The notes under the pieces: model-generated
What the model saw: the letters and a program-made list of their open reading frames with translations, nothing else
Told to the model about the DNA's origin: nothing
Database searches by the model: none
Shown here: positions 18,052 through 25,907 of the stretch, piece by piece
How positions within the stretch are numbered: position 1 is the stretch's first letter
Layout of the letters: every line of letters begins with the position of its first letter
NCBI GenBank assembly: GCA_965367815.1
Contig: CBDUKN010000027.1
Location: 1 to 30,600 of the forward strand
Direction of reading: 5' to 3'
Origin: an uncultured Thermoprotei archaeon
Lineage (GTDB): Archaea > Thermoproteota > Thermoprotei > Thermofilales > B15-G2
DNA length: 30,600 nt
Made by a program: the position numbers and the translations under genes

Positions 18052-18073
18052 CACTAGGGGTTTTTCCCTCGTG
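18052..18073. terminator. Hairpin between convergent genes
   Basis: CAC-T-AGGG...CCCT-C-GTG imperfect stem with a T-rich loop just after the 18044 stop. Confidence 0.3.
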
Positions 18074-18133
18074 ACTCTAAGCAATTTAAGTTTCCGTTTC
18101 ACATAGAGTAAATAACAGTTAAACAAATACAAA

Positions 18134-18685
18134 TTATTTAAGAATTTTTTCAATAGCTTTCTTTATTTCTTCTTCTACTTCTTTTGGATTCCATTCTATT
18201 TTGATTTTTCTTGAGTACTTTCTACCACTCCATCCTAAGATTAAATAGGCTTCTGGTGAAACAGAAAAGCATTTGTGGCATAGCCATGCGTATATCTGTG
18301 TTTGGGTGATGCTGTATTTGTCTGCTATAGAATAGGACTTGAATTCATAGACTTCAACTGGTGTGCTCCTGACAAATTTAATGAGGTCTGGTACACCGTA
18401 GACAATGTATTTCTTTGAATTAACTACGATTTCGGCTGCTAGTGGAAAAGGTAAAGCTACTTCATCTTCCTGGAAAACAACATAAGGGTCCAGACTCCAT
18501 AAGACTTCGTGAGCCTCTCTTCCTACCTTAGCTCCATTAAGTCTTCCATGACTTCTAGGACTGGCAATTATCCTAGCTACTTCTGTGACATGAAAAGCTT
18601 TCTTAAGTCTACGGAGCAATTGTGCTTCACTATATAGCTCTAGTATTTCTTTTATCTTAGTGTATTTACTTAAGTTCTGCATCAT
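18134..18685 (-). CDS. PD-(D/E)XK (RecB/Cas4-like) nuclease without the 4-Cys Fe-S motif
   Basis: GREAH, YGVPDLI, VYEFKS, QTQIYAW motifs. Confidence 0.85.
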   Translation of the reverse strand: MMQNLSKYTKIKEILELYSEAQLLRRLKKAFHVTEVARIIASPRSHGRLNGAKVGREAHEVLWSLDPYVVFQEDEVALPFPLAAEIVVNSKKYIVYGVPDLIKFVRSTPVEVYEFKSYSIADKYSITQTQIYAWLCHKCFSVSPEAYLILGWSGRKYSRKIKIEWNPKEVEEEIKKAIEKILK

Positions 18686-19655
18686 GTAACCCGTCTTCTT
18701 TTATTACAAAAGCCACAGGAGTAGGGGGGATTCTCGGGGAGTCAAAGCACTCTAGTATCCTTAAGTTTCCTTTACTTTTTCTAATAAAGAATCTGTGGTT
18801 AAAGTGGTGTGCGACTATGTGTCCTCCACAGGCTTTCACAGTCGGCCCGAAGAAAACCCCGGGGTTTGCGAGAACCTGATTTGTCGCCACAATAGCTACT
18901 CCAAATGTTTTCTGGATCTTATCTAGTTCATTTAAAATAAAGTTAAGGTCTTGTTGTCTCTCGGCAAGCTTTCCTCGACCCCTATACTCGGCTCTATGAA
19001 GCTTAATAACTGAGTCAAGTACCACTAGCTTGACTTTTTCTCTCAAAACTATGTCGGGTAGCTCGTTTTGAACAAAGAAACGCAAATCTGATACCTTAAT
19101 TGGCTTAACTAAAATAATGTTCTTTAGTGCTTCTTTAGGCTCTAAGCCAAAACGCTCAGCAATTCTCGCTACTCTACTGGGCGTAAATGTTCCTTCAGTA
19201 TCAATATACACTGCTTTAGCCTGCAGACCTCCTCTATCGAGCGGAAGCTGCACTGTTACACATAGCTGGTGACATATCTGAGTCTTACCTGCACCATACT
19301 CGCCTACAAGCTCATGCGACTCAGAAACTTTTACCCCTCCTCCCAAAAGCTCGTCTAAAGCCTTAACTCCTGTCGTAAAACACTCTAGCTCATCGAATAC
19401 TTGACTATACTCTAGTGCCGACTGAATATGGCTATAGCCATGCTCATACATCATCTTCCTTGCCAACGCCACTAGTCTAGCAGCTGTATCTTCACCGAAC
19501 CCTAAGTCTACGAGGTCATGTTCGTTAAAGAGGAAAAGCTTTCTAATATCATAGATGCCTGCTTTCTTTAACCTAGTTATAGTAGTAGACTTTACCCCGT
19601 ATTCTTTAAGCACTTCAACAGGAATTTCTTCCATCAAAAATAATTCAATAAACAA
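18666..19655 (-). CDS. radA: RadA/Rad51-family recombinase
   Basis: N-terminal HhH domain, TTGVKALDELLGGG, Walker A GEYGAGKT, QICHQLCVTVQLP, YIDTEGTF, LVVLDS, RAEYRGRGKLAERQQ, TNQV. Confidence 0.95.
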   Translation of the reverse strand: MFIELFLMEEIPVEVLKEYGVKSTTITRLKKAGIYDIRKLFLFNEHDLVDLGFGEDTAARLVALARKMMYEHGYSHIQSALEYSQVFDELECFTTGVKALDELLGGGVKVSESHELVGEYGAGKTQICHQLCVTVQLPLDRGGLQAKAVYIDTEGTFTPSRVARIAERFGLEPKEALKNIILVKPIKVSDLRFFVQNELPDIVLREKVKLVVLDSVIKLHRAEYRGRGKLAERQQDLNFILNELDKIQKTFGVAIVATNQVLANPGVFFGPTVKACGGHIVAHHFNHRFFIRKSKGNLRILECFDSPRIPPTPVAFVIKEDGLHDAELK

Positions 19656-19666
19656 ATATAATAGTT

Positions 19667-20182
19667 TTATGGAAAGACTTGAACGAATTCTCTTCTCTCT
19701 TTAAGTTCTTCGTAGAGTCTCTTGTCTTCTGTAACTAGTATTATAGGAATCTTATACGTATACGCTATTCTAATGAGAATGTAGAGAGAGTATTCTAGTC
19801 CCTCGACTTCATTTCTAGTAAAGCGGTCGGGCTCGCCTATTAGCACTGGCTTCCTCACTTTATCGAGTTTCCTTGGAACTTCGAGTAGAAGATACTTTAA
19901 GTACTCTTCATCAAGTAGCTCTGGAATCTCCACAGGCTTAGGCTCAACTATGGGTTCGACTAGAGAATATATGAGGTTTAAGCCGTGTGGAAGATAAATT
20001 TCTTCTACGCCTATACTACATACAGCTATAAGAGGCAAAGACTTGTCCTCGAAGTCTTCTACACGCTTCTTAAGCCTATATGCTTCTTCGAGAGAAACAT
20101 TGAATAATGATGCTATTTCTTCTACTGCGAGAACCTTAATGTGTCTTTTACTGAGCTTTTCTAATTCAAGTCTAAGACTCAT
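19667..20182 (-). CDS. Hypothetical protein, probable degenerate RadA paralog (no Walker A)
   Basis: N-terminal HhH-like VEEIASLFNVSLEEAYRLKKRV and C-terminal LIRIAYTYKIPIILVT, like the RecA-fold LxxLAxxxxIxVxxT segment. Confidence 0.5.
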   Translation of the reverse strand: MSLRLELEKLSKRHIKVLAVEEIASLFNVSLEEAYRLKKRVEDFEDKSLPLIAVCSIGVEEIYLPHGLNLIYSLVEPIVEPKPVEIPELLDEEYLKYLLLEVPRKLDKVRKPVLIGEPDRFTRNEVEGLEYSLYILIRIAYTYKIPIILVTEDKRLYEELKERREFVQVFP

Positions 20183-20562
20183 TCTCTCCCCCTCTTAGCC
20201 AGAACACTTAACCAAGGATTGCCTTTAAGGAAATCAGGTAAAGATTCACTATGCTCGGCTACAGCTACTTTTCTCCTACTTTCACCTAGCTCTATTTCTC
20301 TGCCGTATATGAGCTTGTATGCTTCTTTAACAAGATTCAGCAGTTTCTCGCCCTTCTCTGTCAAGAAGTAGTCTCTGCGAATTCTACTACGCTTATACTC
20401 TTTAATAAGACCTCTCTTAACAGCAGACTCTACGATTTTCTTAACGAACTTACTACGGCTACCGAAAGTCACGTAGAAGTCTGTTAATGTAACATACGGT
20501 ACTTCTCTTCCCTCGAATGTCGCGACAATCTTCATATACTGAAATATCTCCTCTAGCCGCAC
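20179..20562 (-). CDS. Winged-helix transcriptional regulator, first gene of the radA operon
   Basis: AVKRGLIKEY...YFLTEKGEKLL; C-terminal LPDFLKGNPWL motif. Confidence 0.8.
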   Translation of the reverse strand: MRLEEIFQYMKIVATFEGREVPYVTLTDFYVTFGSRSKFVKKIVESAVKRGLIKEYKRSRIRRDYFLTEKGEKLLNLVKEAYKLIYGREIELGESRRKVAVAEHSESLPDFLKGNPWLSVLAKRGRE

Positions 20563-20577
20563 AAATAAAACATATTT

Positions 20578-20716
20578 TTCACATATATGTGAATTACTTC
20601 ACATACACAGGACTGACACTCCTATGCAAGTGAGTTTTTTCACATATATGTGAATGGCAGTCCTATACATGTGACTGTCAGTCCTATACGTGTGAATAAA
20701 CTCACATATATGTGAA
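20578..20716. repeat. Symmetric array of TTCACATATATGTGAA palindromes (operator, centromere or origin-like)
   Basis: Perfect 16-bp palindrome at 20578-20593 and 20639-20654, one-mismatch copy at 20701-20716; arms 20578-20618 and 20676-20716 form a 34/41 inverted repeat. Confidence 0.9.
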
Positions 20717-20752
20717 TAAATTCACAATTTACTTAGAACCTGTTTTCATGAT

Positions 20753-21013
20753 TTAGTGAGAAAGTACTACCATAGCTTTCATTAAGTCACTCCACTTCAC
20801 TATACGGTATCTCTTTCTTTTCTTAATTAGCACCAATCTAGTGGTTTCTGATGCTTTACCCTTGAAAATGCTGAGAGTTCCTGAAATAATGCTGTATTTT
20901 TCTGTAAAGCATTTACTGAAGTTTTTGATTAAAATAATGTTGTTTTCTTTGAAAAATATTCTGGCTACTAGAAAAGCTTCGTTTCTATTTAAGCCATAGT
21001 AGTAGATTTTCAT
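20753..21013 (-). CDS. Hypothetical basic protein
   Basis: ATG 21013 overlaps the SWIM gene stop (ATGA coupling); starts MKIYYYG. Confidence 0.65.
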   Translation of the reverse strand: MKIYYYGLNRNEAFLVARIFFKENNIILIKNFSKCFTEKYSIISGTLSIFKGKASETTRLVLIKKRKRYRIVKWSDLMKAMVVLSH

Positions 21014-21447
21014 TCCTTTATCACCTTTAGTCTCTTCTTGAATTGACGGTACAAAATTACTGCAGCTATATGGGTGCATACTCTTTTTTTACGTAGATAG
21101 CCGTAGGCTCTGAAAAAACAGTCACAAATATACCTGTTTTCATGTTCATCGTAGACAACAATGTAGGAGTCGTAGAAGTCTCCTAATTCAGGTAGTCCTA
21201 TGATTATCCACTTATTTTCACTAACCTGTTTTACTCCAAATAAGAAGCGATACACTGCTCTAGTATACCATGATATACTTTTGTATGGAAACTTTCTTTT
21301 CAGGTATTCTACTGCCTCATATATAACTAATGCTTCCTCGAAACTTATTCCTACTTCTTCAATTACTTCTGATACTATTTTTCCTCGAGCAAGTATTCGA
21401 GCAGCTTTAAGAAGTCTCCTACGTTTAGGCTTGAGAAGAAACTTCAC
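21010..21447 (-). CDS. SWIM zinc-finger protein
   Basis: YICDCF-x-CTHIAA, matching CxC...CxHxxA. Confidence 0.85.
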   Translation of the reverse strand: MKFLLKPKRRRLLKAARILARGKIVSEVIEEVGISFEEALVIYEAVEYLKRKFPYKSISWYTRAVYRFLFGVKQVSENKWIIIGLPELGDFYDSYIVVYDEHENRYICDCFFRAYGYLRKKRVCTHIAAVILYRQFKKRLKVIKE

Positions 21448-22394
21448 TTAATCACCTTTAAGCCTTTGAGAGTTAGAGTAATGCATACTTCTGTTGGTGT
21501 AGGTATTTCTTTAATGAAACCGTACTTCACTAACTTAATGTAGGCTTCAATAGGGTTTTTACATATTTCTGCAAGAGTTCTTAGAACAAATTCTTTCCTA
21601 AAGCCAATGCTTCTCTCCGCGAGAAAATCAAGTTTCTCTTTAATACCGTCAGCCTTGTCACCAAAAATAACCTTGAGATAATCTATTTTCTTTGGTTGAG
21701 CTGGTATAGGCTTGACTTTCTCTGGCTTAATATCCCACTCTACTTTATTAGAATGCCCTAGTAGCTTCGAGTACTTTAAGCCTAAAGAAAGCTTCTGTGA
21801 AGGCGGTATGTTTAGTTCTCTGCGTATAAGCTGCATTAGTGGGGCTACATCTAAGCCTATGTAAACTGCATTAGCTGAATTAAGCAAAAATCTAGTCGTG
21901 TTGTCTATTGAAGAAATAGAGACCACTACATTGAAGCCTGAGCGCTCAAGTACATCAACTACTTTGAGTAGTAGCTTGTAGTCGAATGTCTGATTATACT
22001 CTACGACAACGCTTAAGCCCGACTTAATTTCTTCTTTTTGTGTTTCTTTAAGTGTAATTAGGCTGAGTAACGCTACTAGACTGACGTTACTGTACATTGG
22101 TATGATAGCGAATGCGGGGTTTTCGGCGCTAAAAAAGCATGCAATATTCTCTAAAATAGAGGAAACAGGGTCTGGGTAGAAGGCCGCGTACTCTAGTACA
22201 CTACAGTACTTTTTAGGTACTTCGATTGCGTGAAGCTGCTGTGCTGTAGTCTGTGTGATAATCTTGTCTGCAAGAAGGGCTTCTATAAAAAGCGAGGAAT
22301 AAGCGGAGGGAATATTGAAGAAGGTGTGTTCAAACTGTTCCCCCACGTAGAGCATATCTCTAGGATAATATCTCTTGGATATCGAGACTTCCAC
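21444..22394 (-). CDS. Hypothetical protein with C-terminal winged helix
   Basis: 316 aa; KLVKYGFIKE...ITLTLKGLK; coupled to the SWIM gene. Confidence 0.7.
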   Translation of the reverse strand: MEVSISKRYYPRDMLYVGEQFEHTFFNIPSAYSSLFIEALLADKIITQTTAQQLHAIEVPKKYCSVLEYAAFYPDPVSSILENIACFFSAENPAFAIIPMYSNVSLVALLSLITLKETQKEEIKSGLSVVVEYNQTFDYKLLLKVVDVLERSGFNVVVSISSIDNTTRFLLNSANAVYIGLDVAPLMQLIRRELNIPPSQKLSLGLKYSKLLGHSNKVEWDIKPEKVKPIPAQPKKIDYLKVIFGDKADGIKEKLDFLAERSIGFRKEFVLRTLAEICKNPIEAYIKLVKYGFIKEIPTPTEVCITLTLKGLKVIK

Positions 22395-22425
22395 AAAAAT
22401 AAATTATTTAGAAAATATTTATTGC

Positions 22426-22776
22426 TTACCCTCTCTCAACGAAAGCAGTAGGCGTATTGATTACGACTTCTACCTTCATCAAGGTATTGTTTCCTAGTAT
22501 TCTAAATGTGTAAGCGTAGCCTAGCCTCAGTTTAATAGGATTACCTATAGTATATGTTCTAGTAATAGTTCCATTAGGGAGAATTAATGTAACTCTGATG
22601 AACGCGTTTGTTCTAATGGACTCGCCAGCTGCCAGTAGATCTGCGGCTTGTTCCGCCAACACCCACGCATGTATACTGTAGTTTTCGACACGAGCCTTAG
22701 CGTTAGCGTAAACATACATTGTCGCTAAGAAAAAGAGACAGAAGGCGATTATTACTGCAAGCATATCGAATTTCAT
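22426..22776 (-). CDS. Putative minor pilin / pilus-associated protein
   Basis: N-terminal hydrophobic helix followed by a beta-rich domain with NxS/T sequons; directly after the TadC-like gene. Confidence 0.55.
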   Translation of the reverse strand: MKFDMLAVIIAFCLFFLATMYVYANAKARVENYSIHAWVLAEQAADLLAAGESIRTNAFIRVTLILPNGTITRTYTIGNPIKLRLGYAYTFRILGNNTLMKVEVVINTPTAFVERG

Positions 22777-22779
22777 AGC

Positions 22780-24033
22780 CTACACCTTCAATTTGGGTAT
22801 TAGCTGTGGAGCAATATAGTTCAGCGTAATATTGTATATGAGTGCTGATACCAGTAAGAACAATGGTAAGTACATGAGTATATAGGAGGGATTGGCGTCT
22901 CTGAAACAAGTTGCTATAAGTGCGAGTGAAGCCGAAATAGTCGTTAGCGAGAAATCGATAATAGTTCTTATAGTAGCTAAATTTTCTCGGGTAGGGAACT
23001 CGAAGCCGGAGCGCTTCATAATATCTCCGAGCGAGTACCCTAGCTCACTAAGATTCTCTAGAGTAGCATAGGATATAGCGTACATTGATGCAGCTAAAGC
23101 AGTCATAAAGAGACAGGCACACAGGATCACTAGTCCTCTTTTCCTCATACTGAGGAAAAGTCTCCTGTACTCTTTAACGAAGTTCGTTAACTTGGACACG
23201 CAGTCAAAGTACTTTTCGCCACCGCTCTTCAGTAGAATAAAGAGTGCCGCTAAGGCGTATCTTATGAAGCCCCAGAATTCATTTGAGAGCAGTTTACGGG
23301 GATTCCTTATACCCGCCAACGTAATATCCTTTGTCGTACACATTACTGAGAGAATGTCTTCTCCTTTCTTGAGAGAATCAAGTAGTTTCTCCTGATACCT
23401 GAACAATATTAATGCTGACGGAATAGTAGCGATGAACAGTGCTACTGTAGCGCTGTGTAGAATAAAGTAGAGAGGTACGGCTAGAGCGAGAGGTGCTAAA
23501 GCATATGCTAGGATTCTATTTTCTACTGGGAGATGTAGGTGTTGTGGTATAAGAATTACTGTGATAAGAGAACCTATAGCGGCGAAGAGCATTGAGAGAA
23601 CTGTAACTATAATTCCTGACTCCGGTGCAGTAAACGCGTAGATAAGATTCAGTACTAGCGGAAACAGAATAGCTACTGTGACAACAGCAGTTAAAACAAA
23701 GCCAGCTGTCCACGAAGTACTCTCAACTTTTTCTCTTAAGTCGTCGAGAAACCTTGACGCAAGAAAATTCAAGTTCTCTCTGCTACCCGTACTAGTGCTA
23801 ATCCACGCCTCCTTATATAACTCAATAAACTCCTTCGAGCAACCCTTGCGTTTCAAAACTGTATCCACAGTGCTTGGCCTTATAGGGTGGTCTGGTATCC
23901 ACTTTAGGCCAAGAAGATTTCTTAGCTCAATGAGCGTGGAAAGAGGCGGTAAGGGAGACGAGGAAATGGCTATGCTTAAGAAGTACGCTGATATCTTACT
24001 CTCAGACCCTACCTTAAACTTCTCGAATACCAC
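22780..24033 (-). CDS. Type IV pilus membrane platform protein (TadC/ArlJ/UpsF-like)
   Basis: Two repeats of a cytoplasmic helical segment (STSTGS..., KSGG...) followed by TM bundles; lies between pilin genes. Confidence 0.7.
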   Translation of the reverse strand: MVFEKFKVGSESKISAYFLSIAISSSPLPPLSTLIELRNLLGLKWIPDHPIRPSTVDTVLKRKGCSKEFIELYKEAWISTSTGSRENLNFLASRFLDDLREKVESTSWTAGFVLTAVVTVAILFPLVLNLIYAFTAPESGIIVTVLSMLFAAIGSLITVILIPQHLHLPVENRILAYALAPLALAVPLYFILHSATVALFIATIPSALILFRYQEKLLDSLKKGEDILSVMCTTKDITLAGIRNPRKLLSNEFWGFIRYALAALFILLKSGGEKYFDCVSKLTNFVKEYRRLFLSMRKRGLVILCACLFMTALAASMYAISYATLENLSELGYSLGDIMKRSGFEFPTRENLATIRTIIDFSLTTISASLALIATCFRDANPSYILMYLPLFLLVSALIYNITLNYIAPQLIPKLKV

Positions 24034-24064
24034 AAAAAAATATAAAAGAAGAATATTAAATTAT

Positions 24065-24547
24065 TTATCCCCGCTCAACAGTAGCACTGAAAGAAATCGC
24101 TTCATGGCCCGGTAATGTTATCTGACCTTTGACAACGTTAGCGTTCCCTGGGTCATATCCGCCGCCGAGAGTCAATTCTATGGTCGCCGTACCGCCGTTT
24201 GCTGGTATTGTTATGTTTGTTGGATCAACATCGGTAATTGTTACGATGCCTTTATTGAAAATTGTGAGATGAATATTTCCTGTTGTAAGTGTTGTAGTAT
24301 AAGCACCACCTCCCGAGTTTTGTATGTTGATAGTTAAGTGCCATGTTCCAGTATCGTCCGCCCACAGCCACGCTTGTACTACTGATAACCGCGGCTTTTT
24401 TATGCTAGAGTTAATGAAGCCAAAAACCCACCAGAAGAGAATAAATGTTGCCGCAATACCTAAGATTATTATTAAAATTAGTACTAGTACTGTAGAAACT
24501 CCTTTATTGTTGAGCGCTAGTTTTTTAATTATTTTCTTTCTCATCAA
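24065..24547 (-). CDS. Archaeal type IV pilin
   Basis: Class III signal peptide KKLALNNKG|VSTVLVLILIIILGIAAT; LTINIQNSG motif. Confidence 0.88.
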   Translation of the reverse strand: MMRKKIIKKLALNNKGVSTVLVLILIIILGIAATFILFWWVFGFINSSIKKPRLSVVQAWLWADDTGTWHLTINIQNSGGGAYTTTLTTGNIHLTIFNKGIVTITDVDPTNITIPANGGTATIELTLGGGYDPGNANVVKGQITLPGHEAISFSATVERG

Positions 24548-24628
24548 GTGTTATTTCCATGAGAAACTATATAAGGTTTACGTAAATGATTTAGCGTAAA
24601 AGATATATCATAAGTTTCGATAAATAAA

Positions 24629-25483
24629 GTGATTGAAATGACTAAAGTTATTGGATTAACAAGTGGTCCTAGAGGAGGAGTTGGCAAGACACTTATTTCT
24701 AGTGTGGTTTCTGTATTGATGAATCTTCGTGAAATTCCTACGCTTCTTGTTGACGTGGGAGGAGGAGCGACAACTGTATTTCAAGTGACATTCAGAAAAA
24801 AGACTATTACACCGCCATATATCCACGATTTCGCTGTAAAAGAAAAAGTCGACCTCGGAGACTATATTTGTTCAGGGAATATTAGCGAAATTTTTGGGCA
24901 GAAGAAAGAAGAAAAGAAAAGGAGATTCTTTGGTAGAAAGAAAAGAGAAGAAAAGAAGGAGAAAGAAATAATGACGTACCTAATGCCGTGTCAATTCGGG
25001 CGACCACTGCAGCCTAATGAAATACCTCTTTTTGTAAGTAAAATGCCTCTACTTTACCAGTTCTTTGAAGCACTTATAATAGATTTTCCAGCAATGGCTC
25101 ACATAGAGCCGTGGAAACCACTAATAGATTCCCTCGACTTGCAGCTAATAGTAGTTACTCCAGACTTGTCGACAGTATATGATGTACTTAACGGCAGCAT
25201 TCTAACCGACAACACAGTGTTTATAGTAAATAAGTTTAATGAAAGCGACGAGCATATTAGCATTTTAAAGCTACTTCGCGAAGAATTCGGTAGAGAAATT
25301 TTCGTTATTCCAGCTGACCCATATTTAGCTAATTTTGCTCAATACGGACTCTTTGCTGTCCCAGAGCCAAAAGGAAAAAGTGTTTCATTTAATGAAATAG
25401 TGAATAAGAGAAAGAAGCCTGATGCCGGGCGGGCATTATTCGACTTAACTTTCTTTATTATAGACTTTATCTCCAGTGAGTAA
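24629..25483 (+). CDS. MinD/ParA-family ATPase (pilus-associated)
   Basis: Deviant Walker A SGPRGGVGKT, LLVDV, IIDFPA, VVTPD, VNK, IPAD. Confidence 0.85.
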   Translation: MIEMTKVIGLTSGPRGGVGKTLISSVVSVLMNLREIPTLLVDVGGGATTVFQVTFRKKTITPPYIHDFAVKEKVDLGDYICSGNISEIFGQKKEEKKRRFFGRKKREEKKEKEIMTYLMPCQFGRPLQPNEIPLFVSKMPLLYQFFEALIIDFPAMAHIEPWKPLIDSLDLQLIVVTPDLSTVYDVLNGSILTDNTVFIVNKFNESDEHISILKLLREEFGREIFVIPADPYLANFAQYGLFAVPEPKGKSVSFNEIVNKRKKPDAGRALFDLTFFIIDFISSE

Positions 25484-25515
25484 TTTTATTAACTAGAGAA
25501 TAATTTAATATTATC

Positions 25516-25905
25516 GTGGAGAGAGGAAAATTACCTTTATCTATCTTAAAGAAAAAGAAGGAAGAAGAAAAACAAGTATGGCCTGAAGTAAAGTTTCCTA
25601 CTCCTTTAAAACCACCCGAGGAAAAACCCTCACCTCCTCCACCACCTTTATCTCCTCCACCCGAAGTAGCTACTCCGCCCACTACGCCTCCTTCTATGCT
25701 TACAGCAGAAGACGTGGTCGCAGTTATTAAAGACCTAGGTGTAGCAGACCAAGTTAAGAAGAGATATGATGAACTTTCAGCAGAAGTCGCTCAGCTTCAG
25801 AAAGAAATAGACGAACTGAAAAAACAGTTAGCTGAGAGGGAAGAGAGATTAAAAGAGCTTTTAGATAAGAAAAATAGATTTGAAGCAGTAATGCGCCACC
25901 TATAA
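25516..25905 (+). CDS. Proline-rich linker plus coiled-coil protein
   Basis: PSPPPPPLSPPPEVATPP followed by a heptad LSAEVAQLQKEIDELKKQL segment. Confidence 0.8.
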   Translation: MERGKLPLSILKKKKEEEKQVWPEVKFPTPLKPPEEKPSPPPPPLSPPPEVATPPTTPPSMLTAEDVVAVIKDLGVADQVKKRYDELSAEVAQLQKEIDELKKQLAEREERLKELLDKKNRFEAVMRHL

Positions 25906-25907
25906 CT

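Noticed and set aside
18090-18116. GTTTCC…AAC resembling a CRISPR repeat
   Set aside because: Single copy and a weak match
18134-18685. Call as CRISPR cas4
   Set aside because: No Fe-S cysteine set, and no cas genes or array nearby
20578-20716. Mini CRISPR array interpretation (period 61-62 bp)
   Set aside because: Repeats are 16-bp perfect palindromes and the intervening sequences are related by inverted symmetry rather than being unique spacers
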